From Camelus ferus (lineage: Eukaryota), in the NCBI RefSeq assembly GCF_009834535.1, contig NC_045696.1, positions 44,394,001-44,458,000 on the forward strand: a stretch of DNA of 64,000 nucleotides, read 5' to 3'. The translations under genes and the position numbers were made by a program. A model generated the notes under the pieces. It had not been told where the DNA came from. It saw only the letters and a program-made list of their open reading frames with translations, and did not search any database. Of the stretch, positions 13,185 through 23,896 are shown piece by piece. Every line of letters begins with the position of its first letter. Position 1 is the stretch's first letter.

Positions 13185-13746
13185 CTGGGCCAGCAACTTA
13201 ATTGTAAAACCAAGGAAAAATGATTTTCAGAAAGTACGTTTTTTCAGAAAGTACGTTTTTTCAGAAAGAAAAACAATTTTTTCCTTTTTACCACAATCTC
13301 TTTCTCCTAACCTGTCATAGTGAATTTTATTTACTATTTAATGTTATGTTTTCTCTGGTTTGGCGATATTCACAGGGTGAGTGCGGAAACCTTCATAGAT
13401 GCCCAGCCCCCGACCTAACTCAGACTGCAGGGCACACACATCTTCTTGCACAAGCAGCCAGGCTTTACCTGGGGGCAGATAATAGCAGTGGTTCCTGGGT
13501 GTTGCTAGGGGAGCAAGCAGCCAAAAACCCATCCTGAAGTGGTGTTGGGGTTGCAACCAGGTGGGAGCTGAGGCTCCAAGTACCCAGGACATGCTTCACC
13601 GTCCCATGACATTCATATACAAAAGAAAAATTCAAAGATTTCAAGACAGTGACTACGGAGTATTAAATCCCAACCATAGGGCCTCCACTTGAGCACAGGA
13701 GGATCTATGCACCTGCATTGGTCTTATGCCCATGAATCTAGCCCTG
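13185..13746 (-). mobile_element. hAT-Tip100 non-autonomous DNA transposon (MER45C-like) with 8-bp TSD
   Basis: Perfect direct repeat ACCCAGAT at 13177-13184 and 13747-13754. Degenerate terminal inverted repeats CTGGGCCAGC...CTAGCCCTG. Reverse complement of the right end (CAGGGCTAGATTCATGGGCATAAGACC...) resembles the MER45 5' end. Confidence 0.85.
13224..13268. repeat. 17-bp tandem repeat (CAGAAAGTACGTTTTTT), about 2.6 copies
   Basis: Unit starts at 13228, 13245 and 13262; copies are identical. Confidence 0.95.
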
Positions 13747-13754
13747 ACCCAGAT

Positions 13755-14070
13755 ATTTTCCATTTTTGATGCTCTTCATTCTTTTTTGAGAAAGTAATTT
13801 TTAATCTAGTATAATTTCCCTTCATCCTGAAGAACTTCCTTTAGAATTCCTTATTGGGCAGCACTGCTGGCAACAGATTTTGTTCCTCACTTGCAAGTTC
13901 CCTGTTTCTATTCTTCCTGCCAGTGTGAACTCCTCTCCAGAGTCCAACTGCTTCTCTCCACCTCTGGTACTTCCAGGTAGTTGCTTTTTGTACTATGTCT
14001 AGGTTGTTAGTTTTCTGCAGAGGAAGTTCTTCTGAAACGATTTAGTCTGTCATTTCCGAAAGCAGGACTT
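13755..14070 (-). mobile_element. Continuation of the old antisense L1/HAL1-like fragment interrupted by the MER45-like element
   Basis: TTTCCCTTCATCCTGAAGAACTTCCTTTAG... parallels the L1 antisense motif at about 11510-11540. Confidence 0.6.
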
Positions 14071-14449
14071 AACCATTTTTCATTATTTGGTCCAGTTCCC
14101 TAGGTGACCTCAGCAAGAATAGCTATATAAATTACATGGTTTTCCATTTTCATTAGCTAAAAACTGTAAGAAACAAAAAGCACTGTAATTATTGCTTTCC
14201 TACCACAAAACAATGGTTATATGATATTTTCTCTTTTTTTCCATCCATAAAACATTTCTTTGTTATATTTTCAGACTTCTTTAGGTCAAAACTGAACTTA
14301 TTTTCCAGAATCTACGGAGATTGTGTGGCAAACACTGTTTAATCAACTTTATCCAATCACCTGACTATATCTATTGTTTAAGAGGCTGGCAAATAGTCCA
14401 AACTGAGGTTCATACATATCAACATATATATATGTGTGTGTGTGTGTAT

Positions 14450-16036
14450 CTCAGCTTATTTTAAGCTAATAATCACTTACCTTTAAACATGTTCTAAAAG
14501 TACTACATTATTACTCCCCCACAAGTTTTATGCTTTTGATATTTTGCATTCAAAAACTCTTTTGTATTTCTTAAATACTTACTATAGTTATAGTTGACTT
14601 TACTATTTTTATCTTTGAACCTTCATACTAGCTTTTTAAGTTGCTGTTTCATTGCCTTTATTCTTATTTGCCTTTACCAGTGAGATTTTTTACTTCATAT
14701 ATTTTCTTATTTCTGGTTATCACCTTTTCATTTTTGCTTAAAGAAGACCCTTTAACATTTCTCACAAGCTGGTTTAGTGATGATGAAGTGCTTTGGTTTT
14801 CACTTTTCTGGGAAACTATCTCTCCTTCAACTCTGAATGATAACCTTGCTGGGTATAGTATTCTTGGTTGTAAGTTTTCCTTTTCAGCAATTTCAATATA
14901 GCAAGCCACTCCCTTCTGCCCTACAAAGTTTCTAATGAAAAATCACCTGATAGTCTTATGGGATTTCCTTGTGTGTGACTACTTGCTTTTCTCTTTCTAT
15001 CTTTAAAATTCTCCCTTCATCTTTAAATGTTACCATTTCAATTTTGATATGTCTTTGTGTGGAGCTCTTAGGTTCAACTTGTTTGGGAATCTCTATGCTT
15101 CCTGGACCTCAATATTTGTTTCCTTGCCCAGGTTAGGGATATTTTTAGCCATTATTTCTTCAAATAATTTTTCTTCTCCTTTTTCTCTCTTGTCTCCTTC
15201 TGGGACTCTTATAATATAAATGGTAGTATACTTGCTATATCCCAGTAGTTCATTAAATTTTTTTTTTTTTTTTTGCTGTCCTGATGAGAATTTCTACTAT
15301 TCTGTCTTTCAGATCTCTGATCTGTTCTTCTGTATCATTTAATCTGCTGTTGATTTCCTCCAGTTTCTCAGTTATCATATGCTTCAGCTCTAATTGGTTT
15401 TCTTATATTTTCTAACTCTCTGTTGAAGTTCTCATTGTGTTCCTCCATTCTTCTCCTGAGTCTAGTGAGTATTCTCATGACTATTACTTGAACTTTTTAT
15501 CAGGTAAATTACTTATCTCCACTTCATTAGTTTTTTTTTTTTCCAGGATCCTAGCTTTTTCATTTGTTCAGAACATATTCCTCTGTCTCCTCATTTTGTC
15601 TGATACTTTGTGTTTGTTTCTATTAATTAGGTGAAACAGCTACCTCTCTTGGTATTGAAGGCATGGCTTTGTGCCAGAACATCTCTTTTGTAGACTGCAT
15701 GTGCCAGGCAGATTTGGCTGGCCCGCTGGAGCTGGAGTGGGTACAGGCTGAAGCCTGGGGCATGCTGCACCAGGGCCACCTTGGAGGGATGGCTGTGGCT
15801 GCTGTGGACCAGGGGCCTGGGTGAACTTGGGCAGACTTTTTCAGGCCAGCTAGAGCACCCAGACCATGTTCCCACTATTGCTAATAAAATGGAGGAGGAA
15901 CACAAAAAATGGTGCTCTTAAGCACCTTCAAGCCCAGAGAGAGTGCCAGTAGTTTTTCATCCATTTGGCAGATGCTCTAAGGATAGTAAATGGATTTCTT
16001 TCACATATATTCTAGGTGTCTTTAAAACCACTGTTT

Positions 16037-16069
<33 letters not shown>

Positions 16070-16190
16070 TCTTTTGTTTTTTGCTGTGCCCCAAGGTCAG
16101 CACATCTGCACAAGGGGGCCTGCACATGGGGGTGGGGGGAATAGGTGAGTTCAGGGTCTTCTTATGCCACCATCTTGAAACACCACTCTC
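14450..16190 (-). mobile_element. L1 5' portion: decayed ORF1 plus 5' UTR
   Basis: ORF 14664-14909 (-) contains EKENLQPRILYPARLSFRVEGEI, the conserved L1 ORF1p motif. A GC-richer 5' UTR-like segment lies at 15640-16190. Confidence 0.9.
16037..16066. repeat. (GTT)n trinucleotide microsatellite
   Basis: Direct reading; gives the poly-Val run in spurious ORF 15943-16197. Confidence 0.9.
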
Positions 16191-16459
16191 TAGTTAATTA
16201 TTTTATGTGTCATGATAAATTTTTTAAAAAGCTCAGTACTTAGCATGTTGTGACATTGTGAATTAAGCAAAGAAGTTGGCAGAGTAACTGAGAAAGTCAG
16301 TGTTGCCATAGGAATGTTGACTCAGCCACACAGCAGGCAAAGTACTGTGTGTTAAAATGTATATTCTTTAAAAAGGTGAACCAAAAATTTAACTTCCTTT
16401 CAGAGCTCAGCAAACTGTGGTTTTCACAGAACTTTTCTTATGTCTTCAATCAAACCACG

Positions 16460-18590
16460 TAAAACAAAAAATAGGGAAAAATACCTCATCAAACTAGGAA
16501 TAGAAGGCAACTTCCCCAACCCAATAAACGTCATCTACAGAAAAACCACAGTTAACATATTTAATAGTGAATAACTATGCACATTCCCCTAACATTGGAT
16601 TCAAGACAAGGATGCTTGCTCTCACCGCATCTATTCAGCATTGCTCTGGTGGTTCCAGTCAAGGAAATTATGCAACAAAAAGAAATAAAAGACAATCAGG
16701 TTGCAAAAGTAGAAGTCAGCCTCTACTTGTAAATTACATAATCTTGCATATAGAAAATCCTAAGGAATACACACACACACACATAATTAGAACTAATGAG
16801 ATTGACAAAGTTGAAGAATGTGGAATAAACAGAAATATCAATTATATTTCCATATTCTAGCAAGGAATGTTCTGAAAATAAAATTAACAGAAAAATTTCG
16901 TTTATAATAGCATCAAAAATAAAATTCTTAGAAATAAATTTTATAAAGAAATATAAAGCTATATTAAAAACTATAAAATACTGTATAAAGTTGATTTTCA
17001 ACAAGGGTGCCAAGCCTTCCAACGGGGAAGCATAATTTTTTCAACAAATGGATATTCACATGCAAAAGAATGAAGCTGACCTGACCTCAGATGATACATA
17101 AAATTAACTTAAAATAGATTCAATATCTAAATGTAAGAGCTAAAAATATGTAACTCTTAGAAGACACTGCATTAAATGTTACCAACCTTGGATTAGGAAA
17201 TGGCTTCTTGGATATGACATAAAAATCACAAGTGACAAAAAGAAAACCTAGATAAATTGGACTTTACCAAAATTAAAAATGTTTGTGCTCCAAAGGACTC
17301 CATCAAGAAAATCAAAAGGAAATAAGTCAGACAGAGAAAGACAAATATTGTATGATATCACTTATATGTGGAATCTAAAAAAATACATCAAACTAGTGAA
17401 TATTACAAAAAGAAGCAGACTCACAGAAATGGAGAACAAACCAGTAATTACCAGTAGGGGGAGGGGCAGTATAGGGGTGGGGGAGTGGGAGATGCAAACT
17501 GTTGGATGTAAACTAGGCTACAAGGATATATTGTACAACACAGAGAATATAGCCAATATTTTGTAATAACTGTAAATGGAGTATAACTTTTTAAATTGTA
17601 TAAAAAAGAAAAAAAAAAGACAGCCCACAGAACAGATGAAGATATTTACAAATCATATCTTATAAGAGATATATCTAGACTATATTGGAAAAAAGCTCTT
17701 AAAACTCAACAGTGAAAAAATAGGCAATCCAATGTTAAAATATACAGAGGATTTAGACATTTCTTCAAAGGAGATATACAAATGTCTACCAAGGATATCA
17801 AAATATGCACATCACTAGTTATTAGGGAAATGGAAATAAAACACCATAATGAGATGTCCCTTTACACCCTCTGATAAAGGGTGAATGATAACAAGATGAA
17901 TGATAACAAGTAGTTGAGAAGAATATGAGAAACTGGAACTCTCATACATTGGTGGTGAGAATGCAAAATGTTGCAACAGTTACGGAAAACAGTTTATAGT
18001 TTTCCATAAAACTCTACAAGTTTAATATGGAGTTATCATACGACCTAGTGGTTTCACTCTTAGATATGCACTCAAGAGAACTGAAAACATATATCTACCC
18101 AAAAATTTGTACACAGATGTTCATAGTAGCATTATTCAAAATAGTCAAAAATGGAAGCTGTTCATAAAGTGGTGGATACATACACACATGAGATATGTTG
18201 ATACAGCGGAATTTCATTCAGCTACAAAAAGAAACCTAGTACTGATACATGCTTACAACATGGATCAAACTTGAAAACATGGTAAGTGAAAGAAGCCTTA
18301 CACAAAAGGCCACATATAATATGAGTCCATTTAGATGAAATATTCTGAATATGCAATTCCATACAGACAAAAAGTGAATCAGTAGTTTCCAGGAGCTGGG
18401 AACAGGGAAGAGGAGAGTGATTGCAAATGGGTACAGGGCCTCTTTCTGAACTTACAAATTTGTTGTGGAATTAGATAGTGGTTTTGGATGCACAACAGTG
18501 TGAATATACTAAAAACTACTAAGCTGTGTACTTTAAAAGGGTAAATTTTATAGTATGTGAACTATACCTCAATAAAGCTATTTTTTTTTA
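16460..18590 (+). mobile_element. L1MB-like element: deleted ORF2 remnants and 3' UTR
   Basis: AAACTAGGAATAGAAGGCAACTTCC, AAGACAAGGATGC, TTGATTTTCAACAAGGGTGCCAAG, and 3' end GTGAACTATACCTCAATAAAGCT. Confidence 0.9.
17318..17619 (+). mobile_element. Younger 5'-truncated L1 3' end (laurasiatherian/cetartiodactyl type) nested in the older L1
   Basis: GAAATAAGTCAGACAGAGAAAGACAAATA...TGTACAACACAGAGAATATAGCCAATATTTTGTAATAAC plus poly(A). Host L1 sequence resumes at GACAGCCCACAG. Confidence 0.85.
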
Positions 18591-18779
18591 AAGGAGAGAA
18601 GGGAAAAAAATGATAGGTTGAAAGAATCCCATCCTGATCTAGACACTACATAAGAATTGAACAGAGTAATTTTAAAATGTGGATTCTTTCTGTAGATATC
18701 TGAAGGTGATGCATACCTCCTTTATGACTACTGGCTGTTCAGCAGACTCGTTTCCTTTTACTTTTGGACAAACAACCAA

Positions 18780-19110
18780 ATTATCATTATTTGTGACCAA
18801 ATGAGTGAGTCCTGATCAGTTATGGAAAGGGAAGTATTGACACGCGCATTTTCTCAGTCTGGCCCAGATAGGCCTCTCACGCAACATCATCTACAGTCTT
18901 TACAATTCATCAGCTTAGATAAGCAAGAAGAAAGCCACATGTGAAAGATGGCGTAGACACAATGAAAGCCTGGCTCAATAAAACAGTTACTAGAAGAGAG
19001 CTTCTCAGACAATCACTAACAGCTATCTTGGTATTTAAATAAGTAAGAAACAAACTTTTATTATCTTTTGCCTCTAAGATGTTGTGGTTTATCTGATACT
19101 CCAGAGAGTT
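18780..19110 (+). mobile_element. Degenerate MaLR (MLT1-type) LTR
   Basis: 3' end AAACAAACTTTTATTATCTTTTGCCTCTAAGATGTTGTGGTTTATCTG resembles the MLT1 terminus. Confidence 0.45.
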
Positions 19111-20580
19111 TTTTTTTTTAATTACAAAACTAGTCTTGCTAGATAAATTCCGAAAATTAGCAAGCCGATTATGAGAAAATCAAAATAATCAGAATCATCA
19201 CATGGGGACAATTTTTTTTGCTTCAGGTATCCGAGTCTGTATTCCAGAAAGAATAAAACTGACTCTCTGAATAGTCATAAAATTATCACCTAGCATTTAC
19301 TACAAGGACAAAACAAATAGCTGAACATTTAGATGTGGAGTTTACAGTTTAAAGTTTTTGGAAAAAAACTTTTAAATAAAATTTCTTCCTTGCAATAATT
19401 GGTAATAATACAAACTTTTCTATCATCTTAATTTCATGAATAGGAGAGACCGTAAAAAACTCTAATGTGAAAATACTTGAAGCCAGTTTTATAACTTATT
19501 TCTTCCTAAATTATTTGTTCCCTCAAAATTTAAACATTTTATATTTAGTTTCATAAGTTCAAACTATAAAAAGCAAAGATAAATTGCTCTATTCCCTTCA
19601 TACAATTTTCAAAATTACCATTCAGTAGTTTAATTACTTAAAATTACTCTGAAATTATTCCTCCAAAATAAAATGCCTCATTGTAATAGAAACTCATATT
19701 TCAAATTTGAGAAGGGAAATTTTACTCAGAGATTTGTAAAGTGTATATTTGATTTATTTGAGTACTATACTGTTAAACCCAAATTACACATCATATATTA
19801 TGAAATTAAAGTCCATATGCCTAATTCTGCTCAGCTGTTTTGGACGGCTATCATGAAGGTACGCGGTAACAGTGTGCAGTCCTAAGTAAGACTGCATTTA
19901 CATTAAAGGGTGAATAAAAGAAATTTGACAGGGCAATTTCAACGCAGTTTTATTGACATTTTAAAAATAGTTACATAAAAAACAAAGAATTTTTTCTCTT
20001 TGTTTTTAATAATTAAAATGTGTGTGCATCAAACTTCCCTGATCTGCCTCCTACCAGCGGCCCCTCCCTTTAATCCTAAAGCATGAGGGTGGATTTAGAG
20101 TTGTGTTCAACACTGGACTGAGGGTCAGGAATGGGATAAAGTTATTTCCTCATATTACTTGGTAATAAAAATGCCAAAATCTAGTGGCTCAAATACACCT
20201 ATGAGCTAGGAAGTTCTACTTTTTAAACATAACCCAGGTTACCTTTCATCACCTCCACTGCACCATTCCTGATCTAGTTTCCATAATTTCTTGCCTAAAC
20301 TACTGTAAAAGCATTATGATTTTCTTACTTCAATCTTTCCTCCTACACAAAGTCAACATTAGAGCATCTTTTAAAAACATAAATTTATTTCAGTCGCTCT
20401 AATACTCAGAGCATCCACTGACTTCCCATAAACTTAAAAAGAAATCCTGACTCTGATGCCCAGGACTTCAATGATTACATGATAAGGCCACTGGCTTACA
20501 CCTCTGACTGTATCCCCTATGGCTCTTTTCCATTTTCATACTATAAAAGCTGCATTGGCCTCCTCAGTGTTTCATTTTTC

Positions 20581-21600
20581 TTTTCTTTTTTTTTTTTTTG
20601 ACCTGCTTTATTGAAGCATACATCACATACCACAAAATCTGCCCATTTTAAGTACCCATTTTCACAATTTTAGTAAATGTATACTATTGTGCAACTACCA
20701 ACTCAGCCTAGACTTAGAATATTTTCTTTATTCCAAAAAAAGTTATCTTCTGCCCACTTCCAGTCAATTCCTACTCCCACCCACAGTTCCAAGAAACCAC
20801 TGATTTACTTTCTGCATCTGTAGCTTCTGGTAATTGAATACAAATATAAACATACAATGTATCACCTTTTGCATCTGACTTCTTTCATTTAGCCTAACAT
20901 TTTTAATGCCTACCTATAATGTAGCAGGTAACAGTAGTTCATTCCTTTTAATTGCTCACTAGAATCCATTTTATAGCTATACTTTACATTTTGTGTTTCC
21001 ATTCATCATGTCATGGATACTTGAATTTTCTCTAATTTTTCACTGTTATGAATAATACTGATGTGATTATTAATGTGCAAGTCTTTGTTGACAGTTTTTT
21101 ATACTTCTTTGGAAAATAATTCGGAATGAAATTACTGGGTCACAAGTAAGTATAACTGTCTAAGAAACTGTCAACCCGTTTTCCAAAGCAACTTACCATT
21201 TTACATTCCCACCAGCAACATTATGAGGATCTTGTTTCTTCACAGCCTATCAGCACTTGGTATTGTCAGTCATTTTTTTTAGCCATTCTAGTGTATATGT
21301 GCTCTCATTATAGTTTAATTTACATTTCTCTAATGACTAGTTATGTTTAAAATATTTTTATGTGTTTAGTTATGATTCGTACATCTGCTTTGGTGAAGTG
21401 TCTCAAATCTTTTCCCTATTTTTAAAAAAACTGGGTTGTCTTCTTATTATTAACTTTTAAGTAAGTGCTCTTTGTATATTGAGGATGTATGTCCTTTACT
21501 AGATACATAATTTGTGATTACTTTCTCCCCATCTGTAGCCTTTTTCATCTTTTTTACATTTGATTAATTATATTTTTTATTTTGATAAAATAAAAATAAT
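20581..21600 (-). mobile_element. L1MB-like 3' end, antisense, with poly(T) head
   Basis: T-run then GCTTTATTGAAGCATACATCACATACCACAAAATCTGCCCATTTTAAGT...TTTACATTCCCACCAGCAA. Confidence 0.88.
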
Positions 21601-21729
21601 TTTTTGAGCAAACCAAATATTCTCTAACTTCCTCACTCTTCCTTTTGTCCCTCATTTCCTTCAGGACTCAATTCAAATGTTGCTTTCTCAAAAAGTTCTT
21701 TGTCTGACATTCCTTCTTGGTGGTTATTA

Positions 21730-22055
21730 GTACTGTTGAAAACATATACCTAGGTCTGCCCACTTTCTGTCTACCCTGTGGTTGGGTGGGCCACGACATT
21801 GCTTCTAGGCAGAAGAGAGATGTGTCATACTTCTTTCTAGATCAAGTCCCTCCAGAGCTCTCTTTTCCCTTTAGCACAATGACCAACAACTTGCAAGATG
21901 ACACCTGATTCTTTAGTCTGGGTCACTGAATAATTTCAAGAAGCAGAGCCCAGCACCAACCCACAATGTACGTATAACATGAGCAGAAAACCCATGTTTT
22001 TAAAGTCACTAAATTTGGGAGGCTTATTTGTTATAACAGCATATTCTGATTAATA
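21730..22055 (+). mobile_element. MLT1 (MaLR) LTR
   Basis: CTGTGGTTGGGTGGGCCACG...AAGTCACTAAATTTGGGAGGCTTATTTGTTATAACAGCATA, an MLT1I/J-like pattern. Confidence 0.7.
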
Positions 22056-22819
22056 TGCCTCCCCAAAGAACTTTCCCAGGGAGATCCTCTATTTACCTAG
22101 CCTTTTCTTTATGGAATTTAGTACCTGACATGTGTCTGCCTTGCCCTCTAGCACATATGGGGTGGGGGCGTGTGGTTTGGTTCACTGCTATATCCCTAGC
22201 ACCTGCTACAGAGCCTTGCACACAATAGATGCCTATGAAATATACATTAAATGAATAAATATGGCTCTACATCAAGAGAGGTGTTCTAAATTGGGCACAT
22301 CAAAACATAGCACAATTTTCAAAGCAGCATCTGAAAGTGTTGCCAGGTTTTATTTTGTTCTAGTTATTTATTAAAAGCAGCAAAGTTTGAATATAATTGT
22401 AATTGGATTTTTCATTGTTAAAAGTTCCTATCTTTGATAAAACTTATAAGTAAAACACTAAATCAATTGAGAACCATTTAATTCTTCTAAGATGGCTACA
22501 CTCTGCACTATATACACAGCTTATGGAGCAGAGAACTTGGGTCAGTGTTTTGAAATGTAAATACATGTTGCTCCTGCATGATTTAATCACTTCTCACAAA
22601 GGAATTATAGCCTTAGCCAGATATGGCAAAATACATATTTTATCTTCTTGTCTCAGCATCTTTTCTATCTTTATTTTGGTTCTTTGTGGTCTGCTGATTC
22701 CCATCTATGCCCCATGTTAACTTGCAGTAGATCGATCATGTCAACAATTCTTTTCCTTTCATTATAAATGGTTGTCTTGACTGGGCTGGAGAAGGAACAC
22801 AAAAGTTGCTGCTCTCTGG

Positions 22820-23260
22820 AGTTCAGACCTCAGCCCTAAGTCTGGTCTTCTCCCAGCCAACCAGGATGCTTCCTTCTGAGGGACTGTACACTTTTTGCAC
22901 ACTGCCTGGTCTCCTCCCAGATATCATGGCTCACTTCTTCATTTCCTTCACATCTCGGCTCAAATGTGCCCTTCATATGCAGGCAATCCCTGATCCCTCC
23001 ATGTCAAATGGAAAATTATCCTTACTCCCGGACGTACCTATAGTCCTACTTCTTTGTTTTATTTATCTCTTTAGTACTTACTGCCAACTGAGATGTTATT
23101 TTTTACTTGCTTACTTTAAATCACTGTAGAAAAAAAGCTATGTGAGTTCACAAATTTCTCTCTTTTTTTTTTTTTTTCCCTTTCTTGTATTCTCTATGCT
23201 TACATCATTGCTGGGCACATAGTGAACAATGAATATGTTGAGGGGATGAACTGACTTACT
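22820..23260 (+). mobile_element. L2 3' end fragment
   Basis: CATGGCTCACTTCTTCATTTCCTTCACATCTCGGCTCAAATGT...CTGGGCACATAGTGAACAATGAATATGTTGA. Confidence 0.7.
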
Positions 23261-23284
23261 GAAATCAAATCAAAACTCAGATGA

Positions 23285-23896
23285 TTTCTGAAGGGGCAGG
23301 CAGAGGATATGGGGCCTGAAGGCTTTCCACAATGACGTCCAGACATATACACAATATGTTTACTAGACTGGGATACCCTGACAGAGGATAAATTGCAGTG
23401 TGCTGAGAGAAAAATCATTCTAAGGAGGGATACAGTGACAAAACCTAAGAACAAAGCCAAAGACTGAGATTAACCATGAATGGTGGCCCAAGTCCAGCAT
23501 AAAATCCACCTACCTTTGGGCAAAGTGGTAGTACTATTTTGTTATAAAAGATGTTGGAAAGAGTTGTTGAAAGAGCCACGTCATACTCGGATCTGTGACA
23601 CTTGGAGCACTTAAGAAACTTTGAGAGTTGACGCCTTGCCCTCACTTCATTAAAGTAATTATGAACAAGCCAGGCCTTCATGTCCACAGATGACATATCA
23701 TGACAATGATAAGGTGGCTGAATTTAAGTTCTACCAGCACCAGCTCTCAAAGGATGCAGCAGGTTTATACCCCTCTAACACTTGGGTATGGGCTCATAAA
23801 GACAGCAATGTTGTGGTTGGGAGCTGCACTTCTGGGAAACTGAGACTGCAGAATACACACCTGACTGTGAAGGTGCCTGAAAAAATCCATCACTGA
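23285..23896 (+). pseudogene. Possible decayed coding sequence (retrocopy or dead exon), parent not recognised
   Basis: Balanced-composition unique sequence. One frame across about 200 codons with six internal stops gives protein-like peptides, e.g. RPDIYTICLLDWDTLTEDKLQCAERKIIL, LPLGKVVVLFCYKRCWKELLKEPRHTRICDTWST, MTYHDNDKVAEFKFYQHQLSKDAAGLYPS...GKLRLQNTHLTVKVPEK. No poly(A) or TSD seen. Confidence 0.35.

Larger units (their letters stand above)
20220..22262 (+). mobile_element. L2 3' region split by later L1 and MLT1 insertions
   Basis: L2 motifs CTCCACTGCACCA...TCTTGCCTAAACTACTGT (20230-20570), CTTCAGGACTCAATTCAAATGTT (about 21660) and terminal GGTTCACTGCTATATCCCTAGCACCT...AAATGAATAAAT. 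Confidence 0.7.

Noticed and set aside
14664..14909. ORF with a recognisable protein motif
   Set aside because: L1 ORF1p remnant with frameshifts, not a host gene.
23551..23645. Brief resemblance to RPP14 (ERVV.., VDALP)
   Set aside because: Only two short words in different frames; the rest of the region does not match, so no gene symbol assigned.
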